Part shown: positions 19,099 through 29,151 of the stretch, piece after piece | Layout of the letters: the number at the start of each line of letters is the position of its first letter | Numbering within the stretch: position 1 is the first letter of the stretch | Origin: Kiritimatiellia bacterium | GTDB taxonomy: Bacteria > Verrucomicrobiota > Kiritimatiellia > RFP12 > UBA1067 | NCBI GenBank assembly: GCA_050949565.1 | Contig: JBMNFY010000017.1 | Span: forward strand, 1,280,001 to 1,344,000 | DNA: 64,000 bases | Direction of reading: 5' to 3' | Program-made: the position numbers and the translations under genes | Notes under the pieces: model-generated | Database searches by the model: none | The model's input: only the letters and a program-made list of their open reading frames with translations | What the model was told of the DNA's origin: nothing

Positions 19099-22000
19099 CT
19101 ACCGGACAAGGATCACCGTTCCCCTGCCGGAAGGCACCACATACACCGCGTTGCCATCGGCCACAAGCCGCATTTGGCGACCGGTGTCGTCGGCGATCAC
19201 GGTCCATGCCCCCGCAGTGAACCCGCTCAGTGACGCGCCATCCACAGCTTCGGCCAGCAGGGCCGGCTCGTCCGGCAGCGCGGCCGCACCCGTGATCGTT
19301 ACAGTCCCGCCGCCCATGAAAGTGAGTCCGCCCGCCGTGCGCAACGGTACAACACTGCCCGCACCAACGGCCACATGCCAGGTCGCGCTATCGTTGACCG
19401 TCAGCGGGCCGGCCAGTGACAGCTCGGCCGTCGGGTTTTCGGAAGACACCTGCCTGATGCCATTCACCGTCAGTGTGCCGTCCGACACCGCGCCGACGCC
19501 GCCGAACGTACCCAACTCGTATTCGCCGCCGCCCAACAGTAGCTCGGTGCCCTCTCGTAACGTCAGGGTCATGAGCGCAGCCGAGGCTCCTCCGGTACCG
19601 GTGCCGCTGCCATCGCCCGATGCCAGCCCCCACTTGGTCGCCAGATAGGTTCCGACCTGCAGCACCTCAATGTCCGTCAACACGTCATCATAGATCAGCA
19701 ATTCGGCGAGCTTCTGCCCACCGCTACGATTCACCCCGTCAGCGTGTCCGTCCGGCAGCACGCGCATATCTTTGGCCAAACCGTCGATCTTCAGTCCCGC
19801 CGTCGTGCGCATAGCAATCACTTGGTAGCCGCCGTTGAGCGGCGTCGAGGTACCGGTGCCGACAGACACGCCGTTGGTGAAGGTCTCGCCAAGCCTCACT
19901 GCGTCATCACTCCATTGGGCATTCCAAATCATACAATCGCACGTGACATTAGCCTCATCCATCGCCGGCGTGCCCGGCGCCGGTCCGCGAATCAGATTGT
20001 GCGCACTGCTGCCCATCAACAGGCCACCGCCCTGTTGCGACCCCAGTACCCAGAAGATCGTGCGCGCATTCTCCACCGGCGTGATTTGCAACCATTGGCC
20101 ACTGCGCCAAGCACCGAAATCGAGTACCGCACGACCGTTAAGCGCCGCCGGTTCCAGTGTCGGCGGCAACGCCGTGCGATAGCCCGATGCCTTGTTGTTG
20201 GGCACGAACGGATTGAGGAACGCATACGGGTAATTGGTCACGGCCGGATCGGTATCGCGCGCATCACGCCAGCCGATAACCGCGTTCGGCGAGCCAGGCT
20301 GAAACACCAGCGACGGCCCGCGGCTGGCGTCCGCCCAGAAAGCGAGGTTGCGCTCGACCTTGGTACAGCCGGCCAGTGACACGCGCCCCTCGATAACGTC
20401 CAGCCATCCCGCGAAATCCTGAAACTGAAACAGACTCAGTGCCGCCGCGCCGGTCTTGGCCAGCAGGCCGGTCCCGCTCAGGCTGCCGACATTCAGCTCG
20501 CGAACACCGACCTGAAGCGTTCCGGCCAGCGGCGGCTCGTCCTCCGCCGGCACCGTGAGCGCTCCCAGCGTCGCAGGGATATCGCGCGTGAAAGGACGCT
20601 GCCACTTGCTCATCAAATACGCCTCGACCTGGGCCATCTCGGCCTCGCTCAACGCATTGGTGTAGACAATCACCTCGCCCAGCCGCTGGCCGCCGCTGCG
20701 TTCCGTGAGCCAGCGGTCGCGTGCGAACTGTCCAGCCAAAACATTGCCTGTCGTGCGCAGCGCCACCACCTGATAGCCGCCGGAAAGACCGGCCTGCGTG
20801 TTGTCCACAGGAACGCCGTCGATGCGGGTCGGACAGCCTTTCACCGATCCATGCGCATACTGCCAGAAGAGCGGCGTGGCGGCGCTGGCGACCGGACCGC
20901 GCGCAAAGTGATTGTCGCCGGTGGCATCCTCGTTCTGCGTGCCGCCGAGCAGCACCCCGCCGCCCTGCTGCGAGCCGATCACCCAGAATACCGTGCGCAC
21001 GTTCTCGAGCGTGCGCGACCACTGCAAGCCCTTGTCGACCGTCGGTGTGTTGGTGGGGCCTAAATCCACCACCGCCAACGCACCGATCTCGTTGGGCAAC
21101 AGCACCGGCGCATGTGTCCAGCGCTGCGTCGCCACGATATAGGCGTCCGTTCCGTCCCAGCGCACATCGCGCCAGTAGACACGGCCCGCAGCATCCGTAC
21201 CGAAGCTGTCGGCGACGTTGGCGTCAACCCAGAACGCGGCGCCCGGCACCGGATTGGTGGTGGCCGCATGCGCCGTGAGCTGCGCCGCCAGCCCGTCCGC
21301 CGTGAACGCGCCCTCGGCCAGCGCCAGCGTGCCGCTGAACAGCTCCGGCGCTTCGACCGACATCGTGCCGGCCCCGAGTTTGGCCAAGGTGCCGCTGCCG
21401 GTGATCCGGCCGAACGGCACCGTCACATTGGCGTGGGGAATCTCCACGCCGCCCGTGCCGTTCACCACGAGGTCAGCCGCGCGCACGCGCATACCGCCGC
21501 TCCCGCCCAGCCACTTACGCATAAGGTAGACCTCGACCGTCTGTCGCTCCTCCTCGGTCAGGACGCGGTCGTAGATCAACACTTCGGCCAACCGCTGGCC
21601 GCCGCTACGTTTTGTCCCGTCAGCGTGCCCGCCGGTCAATGTCGTGCGCATGTCCTTGGCCAACCCGTTGACCGTCACTTCGCCAGTGGTGAGCGCCGTG
21701 ACCAATTGGTAGCCGCCGCTCAAGCCGGTGGTGGTAGGATTGACAGCAAGCCTGTCGACCCAGACTTGGCTTTCCCTGAACTCGGGCGAGACCCATGTGT
21801 CCGAGCCGAAGATCGGATGCGAGGCCAGCAAGGTCCCGTCGATCTGCCCGCCGCCGCGCGCCGCGGACTTGTCGGGCGACCCGATCAACATGCCGCCGCT
21901 GTTCTGCGAGCCGATCACCCAGAAGAAGGTGCGCGCATTCGCAACCGGGCCGAACTCCAGCCACTGACCACTGTGATAAACACCGAAATCCAAAGCCGGC

Positions 22001-24534
22001 AGCCCCTCCACAGCGCCCGGCAGCACGACCGGCGGCAAGGCGGTCTTATATCCGGGATCTTTCAGGTTCGGCGAGAACTCATTAAGCCAGGCATAAGGAT
22101 GGCCCGAACCGACCGAGCCGTCGCGCACGTCATTCCAGCGGATCACCTGATCGACCGTTCCCTCTTTGAACACCAGCGTCTGCGCGGCCGACGCATCGAG
22201 CCACAGCGCCGGATCGACGGCAGGATCCAGTTCCTCCAGCAGCACGCCGTTCTCCAACACGATCGAACCGGTGTGGTCGGTCACCAATCTGACCGAGAGC
22301 CGGCCGCCGCCGCGCACGATCAGGTCGCCGGCCCCGGCCAGCCGCTCCAACGTATGAGTCATGCCGCCGGCGATCTCGAGCACCACCGCGCCGCCGCTCA
22401 GGGTCAGGCCGTCCGGCGCATTCAGCGCGGCGCTTTCAATGATCAGCTCGCCGCTGCCCTGCTTGTCAAGGGTGCCGTCCACCGTTAAGCCGCCGGCCAA
22501 ACGCAGGCTCCCGCCGTCGACATAGAAACCGCCCCCCGCCAGGGACACCGCCTGCTGCAGAGTCAGAGCGGCACCCGGCGTGGTGCGAAGCAGGCCACCG
22601 TTGAGCGCAACCGCGTTGCCGGCCGATCCCAAAGCGCTTTCGCTGCCGACCAGCAAGGTGCCGCCATCCACCGCGACGCTGCCGGCGAACGTGTTGTTGC
22701 CGGTGAGCGCTGCTGTGCCGCCCTCCAGCTTGACCAGCGCACCGCTGCCCGCGATCACGCCCGCATGGGTCACACTCCCCAGCCCTGAAAAAGTCAAGGT
22801 GCCGCCATTCAGCGTGACGGCGTGAGTGACGGTATACGTGTTCAGCGGCGAATCAAAGACGGTATTGTCCGCGACAGCCTGCGTGTCGTAGATCAACGTT
22901 TCGCCGGCCCCGAGCGTAATGCCGCCGTCGAAGCTCGCCAGATTCGCGGCCACCACCCGCAGCGCGCTGCCCGCGTCGAGGAACGTCTGCAAGCCCGCCA
23001 GCGCGTCGCCTTCCAGCACGGCCTCCGTCCCCGGCGCCACCGCCCATGTGCCGGACGCCGGCAGACGTCGGAGCCAGACCGAATCGCGGAACAAGATGGT
23101 TTCACCTTCCGGCACCGTCACCGCGGCGTCGAACAATGCGGGCACGGCGCCGTCCGAACCGACCGCGACCGACGTGTTGACCGCCAGCGCGGCATCCGTC
23201 AGATTGTCTTCCGATGCGGTCATGCCGCCCGGTGCCACGAAAACGGGGAGCGGCGAGCAGCCGGTGAGAGTGACCGTGCCGCCGCCGGGACCGACGCAGA
23301 TCGCACCGTTGTTGGTTGAAAAGGCGCGCTCCGCCGCCGTCGTTTCATAGAGCGTCAGTGCGCTGCCGTCCAGCAGCAGCGTCGCGCCACCCAACGCCTG
23401 CTGGTTAGTTACGGTGAGCGTTGCGCCATCGGGAATCGCCACCACGCCCGCACCCGCACCATCGGCCATCTGCACATCGAATGCGCCGCCGCACCAGACG
23501 ATACGTGTGCCGTGCGTCAGGACACCGTGCAGCGCCAGCGCGTCGGCATAGAGCGCGCCACCGGTCGGCACGCGGTTGGTGACAATCCCGCCTGCGGTCA
23601 CGACCAGTTCGGTCACCCGGTTGCTGGTGCCGGCCAGATCGACCACACCGCGCCAGGCACCGTCCACCGTGAGTCCGCCTTTGCCGACGCCGTAGGGCAA
23701 CACGCCGTCGGCTGCAAGCTGCAAGTAGGCCAAATTGTACGGTGCGCCACTGATGTGGTATCCGGGGCCGTTGGTACCCACGACCGTACCGCCGACGTAG
23801 TCGTTGGTTGGATTGGACAACAGGAAGCATCCGTTGTTCTGGCTCAGGAAAAGCGTGCCGGGGCCGGTGATGGGGCTGGCGAAGGTCAGGGTCTTGTCAT
23901 CGGACCAGCCAATCGCAAAGGACCCGCCGTGTTCCAGCAGCGTGATACCCATTGTCGGCGGGAAAACCGGCGACGAGTCATAGTTCTTGATGGTGCCGCC
24001 ATTCAGGATCAGGGCGTCTGGCCGATAGACCGCAGGCTCGGTCATCAGCGAGGTGCCGGTCCTGATCTCCAGTCGATCCTGCTCCACCAACCACGACCCG
24101 TTAAAGGGGCTCTCGGTATTGGGAAAGTTTAGACGCCCTACGCCGATTTTGCGCAACACACCTGCGCCGGGACCGAGCAGGCCCTGAAGTTCCACGCTAC
24201 CTCGCTCAACATACACCGTGTTGGTCGAGCCAACATCGGCTGCAAGCGTAATCGGACACCCGGACTGAAGCACCCAGGTCACATTGCTACTGAAACTGAG
24301 CCCACCGAGCACCAGCCCCGGCACATCGTTGCTCACCGATAGCGAGACCCCGACGTCACCCTTGAAGACTGCACTTCCACCATTACCCGGCACAACCCCA
24401 TTCTCCCAGTTTGCGGGATTCGACCACTGCGGAGTAACACCCAGCCAAACACCATCCGTCTGGGCCCATGCCCCAAAGACACCCAGAACCACCGCAAAGG
24501 CAATTCGCTGAAAAAGTCGGCTTGTCAGTCTCAT
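19099..24534 (-). CDS. 1811-aa surface protein with autotransporter-associated beta-strand repeats and three LamG/ConA-like repeats
   Basis: Signal peptide MRLTSRLFQRIAFAVVLGVFGAWA; LVKLEGGTAALTGNNTFAG-type repeats; three copies of W[LVA]DA...N[AV]RT[FVI]FWV[IL]GSQ..GG...SGGQ[RK]L.E...Y; ends GRGTVILVR. Confidence 0.85.
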   Translation of the reverse strand: MRLTSRLFQRIAFAVVLGVFGAWAQTDGVWLGVTPQWSNPANWENGVVPGNGGSAVFKGDVGVSLSVSNDVPGLVLGGLSFSSNVTWVLQSGCPITLAADVGSTNTVYVERGSVELQGLLGPGAGVLRKIGVGRLNFPNTESPFNGSWLVEQDRLEIRTGTSLMTEPAVYRPDALILNGGTIKNYDSSPVFPPTMGITLLEHGGSFAIGWSDDKTLTFASPITGPGTLFLSQNNGCFLLSNPTNDYVGGTVVGTNGPGYHISGAPYNLAYLQLAADGVLPYGVGKGGLTVDGAWRGVVDLAGTSNRVTELVVTAGGIVTNRVPTGGALYADALALHGVLTHGTRIVWCGGAFDVQMADGAGAGVVAIPDGATLTVTNQQALGGATLLLDGSALTLYETTAAERAFSTNNGAICVGPGGGTVTLTGCSPLPVFVAPGGMTASEDNLTDAALAVNTSVAVGSDGAVPALFDAAVTVPEGETILFRDSVWLRRLPASGTWAVAPGTEAVLEGDALAGLQTFLDAGSALRVVAANLASFDGGITLGAGETLIYDTQAVADNTVFDSPLNTYTVTHAVTLNGGTLTFSGLGSVTHAGVIAGSGALVKLEGGTAALTGNNTFAGSVAVDGGTLLVGSESALGSAGNAVALNGGLLRTTPGAALTLQQAVSLAGGGFYVDGGSLRLAGGLTVDGTLDKQGSGELIIESAALNAPDGLTLSGGAVVLEIAGGMTHTLERLAGAGDLIVRGGGRLSVRLVTDHTGSIVLENGVLLEELDPAVDPALWLDASAAQTLVFKEGTVDQVIRWNDVRDGSVGSGHPYAWLNEFSPNLKDPGYKTALPPVVLPGAVEGLPALDFGVYHSGQWLEFGPVANARTFFWVIGSQNSGGMLIGSPDKSAARGGGQIDGTLLASHPIFGSDTWVSPEFRESQVWVDRLAVNPTTTGLSGGYQLVTALTTGEVTVNGLAKDMRTTLTGGHADGTKRSGGQRLAEVLIYDRVLTEEERQTVEVYLMRKWLGGSGGMRVRAADLVVNGTGGVEIPHANVTVPFGRITGSGTLAKLGAGTMSVEAPELFSGTLALAEGAFTADGLAAQLTAHAATTNPVPGAAFWVDANVADSFGTDAAGRVYWRDVRWDGTDAYIVATQRWTHAPVLLPNEIGALAVVDLGPTNTPTVDKGLQWSRTLENVRTVFWVIGSQQGGGVLLGGTQNEDATGDNHFARGPVASAATPLFWQYAHGSVKGCPTRIDGVPVDNTQAGLSGGYQVVALRTTGNVLAGQFARDRWLTERSGGQRLGEVIVYTNALSEAEMAQVEAYLMSKWQRPFTRDIPATLGALTVPAEDEPPLAGTLQVGVRELNVGSLSGTGLLAKTGAAALSLFQFQDFAGWLDVIEGRVSLAGCTKVERNLAFWADASRGPSLVFQPGSPNAVIGWRDARDTDPAVTNYPYAFLNPFVPNNKASGYRTALPPTLEPAALNGRAVLDFGAWRSGQWLQITPVENARTIFWVLGSQQGGGLLMGSSAHNLIRGPAPGTPAMDEANVTCDCMIWNAQWSDDAVRLGETFTNGVSVGTGTSTPLNGGYQVIAMRTTAGLKIDGLAKDMRVLPDGHADGVNRSGGQKLAELLIYDDVLTDIEVLQVGTYLATKWGLASGDGSGTGTGGASAALMTLTLREGTELLLGGGEYELGTFGGVGAVSDGTLTVNGIRQVSSENPTAELSLAGPLTVNDSATWHVAVGAGSVVPLRTAGGLTFMGGGTVTITGAAALPDEPALLAEAVDGASLSGFTAGAWTVIADDTGRQMRLVADGNAVYVVPSGRGTVILVR

Positions 24535-24922
24535 GTTAACCTCTCCCTTTTTCTCGTGTGCACACCCAACCACGCCGGACAACACTACCCAAAATTGACC
24601 GCCACCAAAAGACGCAAACGTAATTGCCCTGAGGCTCTTGCAAAACCCCCACACCGCAACGCCTGACGGCCTGCGGGCGGGACGTCTTGTCAGCGAACCA
24701 TCCCACCGCCCGGCGCGGCCGGGCATGACGCTCCGCCCCACGCCGCGTCGCCTTCTGCACGGCACCATACCGCGCCCAAAACGAACAGGGGTATTGTCGC
24801 ACATTCCGGGGTGTTTGTCTACCCCCCCGATTTTTGTTGTATCTTGTTGCCGCGCAATATGTTACAATGCCTCCATCATCCGTAAGGACGGAAAAACAAA
24901 CGCGGAAAGGAGACAAAAACGC

Positions 24923-26038
24923 ATGAAGGAAACGCGACATCAACCCCCTCTGGGCCAGTTGTGGAACAGCATCCAGTCATGGCTCTTCCCGATGCTGGAG
25001 GACGAGATCGGGGAACTCGACGAGAAGCACCGCCAGTTCGTCGCGGTCTGCGAGCTGTGCGCCCCGCAGGATCACATGGGCGCCTACCGCTGGTGCGGCA
25101 ACGGCTGCCCGCCGTGCGACCGGCTGGCGATGTGCAAGGCGTTCATAGGCAAGACCGTCTGGAACTTCGACACCACGAGCGGCCTGATCGACGCCATCCG
25201 CCACCGTCCGGCCCTGCGCCGGCTGTGCGGCTGGGAGACGCTCGGCGAAGTGCCCTCGGCGTCGACCTTCTCGCGCGCCTTCGCCGAATTCGCCAAAAAC
25301 GGGTGCCCGCAGGAAATCCACGAGGCGATGGTCAAGGCCCGCTATGGCGACAAGCTCGCCGGGCACGTCAGCCGCGACGCCACCGCGATCCGCGCCCGCG
25401 AGAAGGCCGCGGCCAAGCCGGAGACGGCCCCCGCCCCCGAGCGCGGCAAACGCGGCCGGCGCAGGAAGGGCGAGCCCCCGGCGCCGCCGCCGGATCCGAC
25501 ACGGCTGCAACTGCAGCTCAACCGCGGCTTGAAGGAAAACCTGGCCGACCTGCCCGCGTCCTGCGACTGGGGCTGCAAGAAGAACAGCAAGGGCAAGACA
25601 GAATGCTGGCGCGGCTACAAGGCCCATCTGGACGTGATCGACGGCGATATCCCGGTCAGCTTCATACTCACTTCCGCCAGCCTGCACGACAGCCAGGCCG
25701 CCATCCCGCTGGCGCAGATGACCGCCGGACGGATCGTCAACCTCTATGATCTGGCCGACGCCGCCTACGACGCCAAGGAGATCCGCGAGATGTCGGCGCG
25801 GCTGGGGCACGTGGCGCTCATCGACCACAACCCGCGCCGGGGCGAGAAGATCGAGTTCTCCCCGGCGGAAGCCCGGCGCTACCACGAACGCACGGCCGTC
25901 GAGCGCGTCAACAGCCATCTGCACGAAGAGCACGGCGGACGGAACGTCCGGGTGCGCGGCCCGGCGAAGGTGGCGGCGCATCTGGCCTTCGGGCTGCTGG
26001 TCATCGCCGCCGAGCAGATGCTCAGAATGCTTCCCTGA
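24923..26038 (+). CDS. DDE transposase (DUF772 + DDE_Tnp_1-like)
   Basis: LRRLCGW...VPSASTFSR, RDATAI, GYKAH, HDSQ, ADAAYD, RTAVERVNSHL; AAGGAG RBS. Confidence 0.92.
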   Translation: MKETRHQPPLGQLWNSIQSWLFPMLEDEIGELDEKHRQFVAVCELCAPQDHMGAYRWCGNGCPPCDRLAMCKAFIGKTVWNFDTTSGLIDAIRHRPALRRLCGWETLGEVPSASTFSRAFAEFAKNGCPQEIHEAMVKARYGDKLAGHVSRDATAIRAREKAAAKPETAPAPERGKRGRRRKGEPPAPPPDPTRLQLQLNRGLKENLADLPASCDWGCKKNSKGKTECWRGYKAHLDVIDGDIPVSFILTSASLHDSQAAIPLAQMTAGRIVNLYDLADAAYDAKEIREMSARLGHVALIDHNPRRGEKIEFSPAEARRYHERTAVERVNSHLHEEHGGRNVRVRGPAKVAAHLAFGLLVIAAEQMLRMLP

Positions 26039-26208
26039 CCGGCCCCGCGGCAGACTGCCCTCCCTGAAAACCCGCCCGCGACCGGGCGGAGGCGCCGGGG
26101 TCTGCCCGGAAACATCCGAAAAACGGGAAAAACGCCCTGTCGCGTCCGTTTTTCAGCAACCGCTGCGCCTCTTCGTCAGAAAATCCTGCAAAATCCCTTG
26201 CGTGCAGG

Positions 26209-26259
26209 CGTGGCACGGGCATCCTGCCCGTGTTTCATGGGCGGGACGCCCATGTCACG
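26209..26259. repeat. REP-like double hairpin inside the IS right end
   Basis: CGTGGCACGGGCATCCTGCCCGTG-TTT-CATGGGCGGGACGCCCATGTCACG. Confidence 0.55.
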
Positions 26260-26303
26260 AGGGGGTTTTGCAAGAGCCTCGCCCTGTTATACGCAACCAC
26301 AAC

Positions 26304-29129
26304 TTACGGCTGACCGCCTCGCAGCGTCAGCACGAGGCTCGGGTCCAACGGATAGCGCCCGAAGCGCTCGCCGTACACCGCGAGTCCTGACGCCAGTGCT
26401 TCGTCCGCCTCAATCCGTACGGTCAGGTGTCCCTCTTTTGCCGCCTGCGCCAACAGCGCTTGCGGGATCGCCACGGAGACCAGATAGCCGTAGGAGCCAG
26501 CCTCCGAAAGTGTCCCGTCCTGCTTCTGCGCCTGCCACGAAAGAATCCCGCGGTGGTCGGCTGGATCATCCGGCAGATCGACAAACCCGACCACGCGACC
26601 GCCTGCGCTCACGCGGACCGCGCCCGCATAGCGATATGTGTCGGTCATCGGATACGAGTTGGGGTTGCGGCTCGGGTCGTGCGTGCCCAAACCGCGCATG
26701 TAGTCGCCATCCATGTTGGCGGCACCCGCTGTATCCTTGCCATTCAGACGCTTGGCCGAGAGTTCCGCCATAAACACCGCACTGCTCACACCTTCGGCGC
26801 GCAGACCCGCAGGCCATGGCAACCGGTACTCGAAAAAGCCTTTGCCCGCGCCGTTGACCTTAAGTCCGTCAAACACATCCCACTGCTTCATCGACCATGC
26901 TGACGCTGTGAACGCCTTGGGCGCGACGCGCACCACCTGCACCGTCGCGCCATCGCGCATGAGGCGCGCCTGACGTGGTTGCTCGCCGTCGCGCACCGCG
27001 AAGGTGGTGAAGTTGCGCACCAAGACATTGCCGGTCACATCTTCCAGCCAGACGGCCACGACGCACACCGACGGCTCCGCAGGCAGGGTGACTTCCAGCG
27101 GATCCAGCGGACCGCACTGCCACGCCTTCACCGTCATGTCGCGCGCAGACCCGATCGGCACCACACGCTCGACACCGAACGCGTCCCAACTCCGCAACGA
27201 AGCGCGCAAGACCAAGCGCTGTCCGGCAGCAAAGCGGTCGGTCAAGGCCGAGAGATACAGCGGCACCGACACCTTGGCGCCGGGGCGCTCCTCGCGGCAC
27301 AACTCTTTGCCGACGGCCACATAGAGATCGCCATGCCAGTCGCGCAACGTCATGCCCGGGACGAGTTCCTCGATGCCCGTGAGTTTTTCGGAACGGTCGA
27401 ACTTCCAATAGCCGTTCCACTCATTGATCACGTCGTGGTGTTCGGTGTAGAGCCAACCGCAACACTGCGGGTGCCGACGGAAGGCATCCATCATCAGGTG
27501 GTAGTCCCAACTCCAATCCACATCGCCAGTGCTGTCTTTGTAGCCCCACACATTGCCGCACTCACTGTTCAGCAACGGCTCGCGCCCCTGCTTGCGACCG
27601 CCGATATAGTTCCATGTCGAGCCGGGGAAGGTGTTTTTGCAGACATCCTGCAACTCCTGTTCCCACTTGTATCCCGGACGGTAGGCGTGCCAACTGTTGA
27701 TGTCGGTCACCACGTGATCATGATTGCAGGGCGAGTTGTCCTCCACCAAGCGGGACGGGTCCAGCGCTTTCGCGAGCTTGACCATCGAAGCGACCCACTC
27801 TTGCGTTTCAGGCAGGTAGACCGGCTTGCCCTCCTTGTTTTTGGTGCGGAGTCCCCAAGTCTCATTGAAGACCACCCAACTGAAGACACAGGGATGGTTC
27901 ATATCGCGCTCGATCATACCGCGCAGCGCGACTTCGGTCTCGGCGCGCATGGGCGCATCGGGCTCGCCCCAACTGTTCGGCACGTCAGCCATGATCAGCA
28001 TACCTAGACGGTCAGCCCAGTAGAGCTTACGCGGCACCTCGACCTTGATGTGGATCCGCTGCCCGTTCAGCCCGATCGACCGGCTGCGCAGAATCTCGTC
28101 GCGCATGAAGGCGTCGGTCGGGAAAGTGTAATACCCGTCCGGGTGGTAACTCTGATCCAGCGCGAGCTTGAGATAAAGCGGCTTGTTGTTGAGCGCAATG
28201 TAAGGATGCCCTAGCCCCGGCAGATCCACCACGCTGATTTTGCGCATGCCGAAGTAGGTGGCGACCGTGTCGGTCTGGCCGCCGCACGCAAGCGTGGCGG
28301 TCACCTCATACAGGTAAGGGTCTTCCAGCGACCACAGCCGCGCGTCGGCGAGCGGCACATCCAGCTCGAACGCCTGCTGCCCTTGCGGGATCTCAGCTAC
28401 AGCAGGCGCGGCGCGATCGCCGGCCTTGAAGGCGAGCGTGAAACGCGCCGCCGTCGGTGCCGGTGCGCTGAGACGGCCCTTGACCCGGACACGACCAGCG
28501 TCGATGTCCGGCACGAAGTGCACGCGCTCCAGCGCCGTGGCCGGACGCGCCTCAAGATAGGCGGTCTGCCACACGCCGCGCACGTTGCCGTAACCCTGCT
28601 TGCCCGTGAGCCTGAAGCCGTGCGGCGTGTCGTCGACGCGCAACACGAGCGTCTGCTCCGCGCCCCACTTCACATGGTCGGTCAAGTCAAAGGCGAAGGG
28701 CGTATAACCCCCCTGATACACGCCGACCTGCTGGCCGTCGAGCCAGCCGGTCGTGTGCCAGTCGCTCGCGCCGACGACGAGAAAGACACGCTGGCCGCGC
28801 CATGCTTCGGGCACCTTCAGCGTACGCCGGTACCAGCCGATATCGGCCTCGTTCTTGACGCCCGACAGCGCCGATCCCCAGCCGAACGGCACGGTAATCG
28901 TGAGCGGAAACGCCGTCTTGCCTTCGGCCCATCCCTCGCCGATGCCGACGTTCGCCTTGTCAAAACGGAACCCCCACGCTCCGTTAAGGTTTTGCCATGC
29001 GGAGCGCTGGAAATCCGGGCGCGGATGTTCCGGCAGCGGAATCTCCGCCGCCGCGCACACACTCCCCGCCCCCATCATGCCAGCCACCACGCATGCCGCC
29101 AGCCCCACCCGTACCGAGGTCTTTCCCAT
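26304..29129 (-). CDS. Glycoside hydrolase family 2 (beta-galactosidase/glucuronidase-like), secreted
   Basis: EHPRPDFQR..WQNLNGAW, GGYTPF, RIHIKVE, NHPCVFSWVVFNETWG, NSECG; signal peptide. Confidence 0.9.
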   Translation of the reverse strand: MGKTSVRVGLAACVVAGMMGAGSVCAAAEIPLPEHPRPDFQRSAWQNLNGAWGFRFDKANVGIGEGWAEGKTAFPLTITVPFGWGSALSGVKNEADIGWYRRTLKVPEAWRGQRVFLVVGASDWHTTGWLDGQQVGVYQGGYTPFAFDLTDHVKWGAEQTLVLRVDDTPHGFRLTGKQGYGNVRGVWQTAYLEARPATALERVHFVPDIDAGRVRVKGRLSAPAPTAARFTLAFKAGDRAAPAVAEIPQGQQAFELDVPLADARLWSLEDPYLYEVTATLACGGQTDTVATYFGMRKISVVDLPGLGHPYIALNNKPLYLKLALDQSYHPDGYYTFPTDAFMRDEILRSRSIGLNGQRIHIKVEVPRKLYWADRLGMLIMADVPNSWGEPDAPMRAETEVALRGMIERDMNHPCVFSWVVFNETWGLRTKNKEGKPVYLPETQEWVASMVKLAKALDPSRLVEDNSPCNHDHVVTDINSWHAYRPGYKWEQELQDVCKNTFPGSTWNYIGGRKQGREPLLNSECGNVWGYKDSTGDVDWSWDYHLMMDAFRRHPQCCGWLYTEHHDVINEWNGYWKFDRSEKLTGIEELVPGMTLRDWHGDLYVAVGKELCREERPGAKVSVPLYLSALTDRFAAGQRLVLRASLRSWDAFGVERVVPIGSARDMTVKAWQCGPLDPLEVTLPAEPSVCVVAVWLEDVTGNVLVRNFTTFAVRDGEQPRQARLMRDGATVQVVRVAPKAFTASAWSMKQWDVFDGLKVNGAGKGFFEYRLPWPAGLRAEGVSSAVFMAELSAKRLNGKDTAGAANMDGDYMRGLGTHDPSRNPNSYPMTDTYRYAGAVRVSAGGRVVGFVDLPDDPADHRGILSWQAQKQDGTLSEAGSYGYLVSVAIPQALLAQAAKEGHLTVRIEADEALASGLAVYGERFGRYPLDPSLVLTLRGGQP

Positions 29130-29151
29130 GTCGTCTTCCTTTCAGCGAAAC

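Larger units (their letters stand above)
24631..26280 (+). mobile_element. Complete insertion sequence, 1650 bp (IS5/IS1182-like DDE)
   Basis: Perfect 20-bp TIR GAGGCTCTTGCAAAACCCCC (24631-24650 / 26261-26280); 5-bp TSD GCCCT (24626-24630 / 26281-26285). Confidence 0.93.

Noticed and set aside
24535-24804. N-terminal extension of the 1901-aa ORF (and the analogous extension of the 466-aa transposase ORF)
   Set aside because: They run through IS terminal sequence; the true starts with RBS are 24534 and 24923
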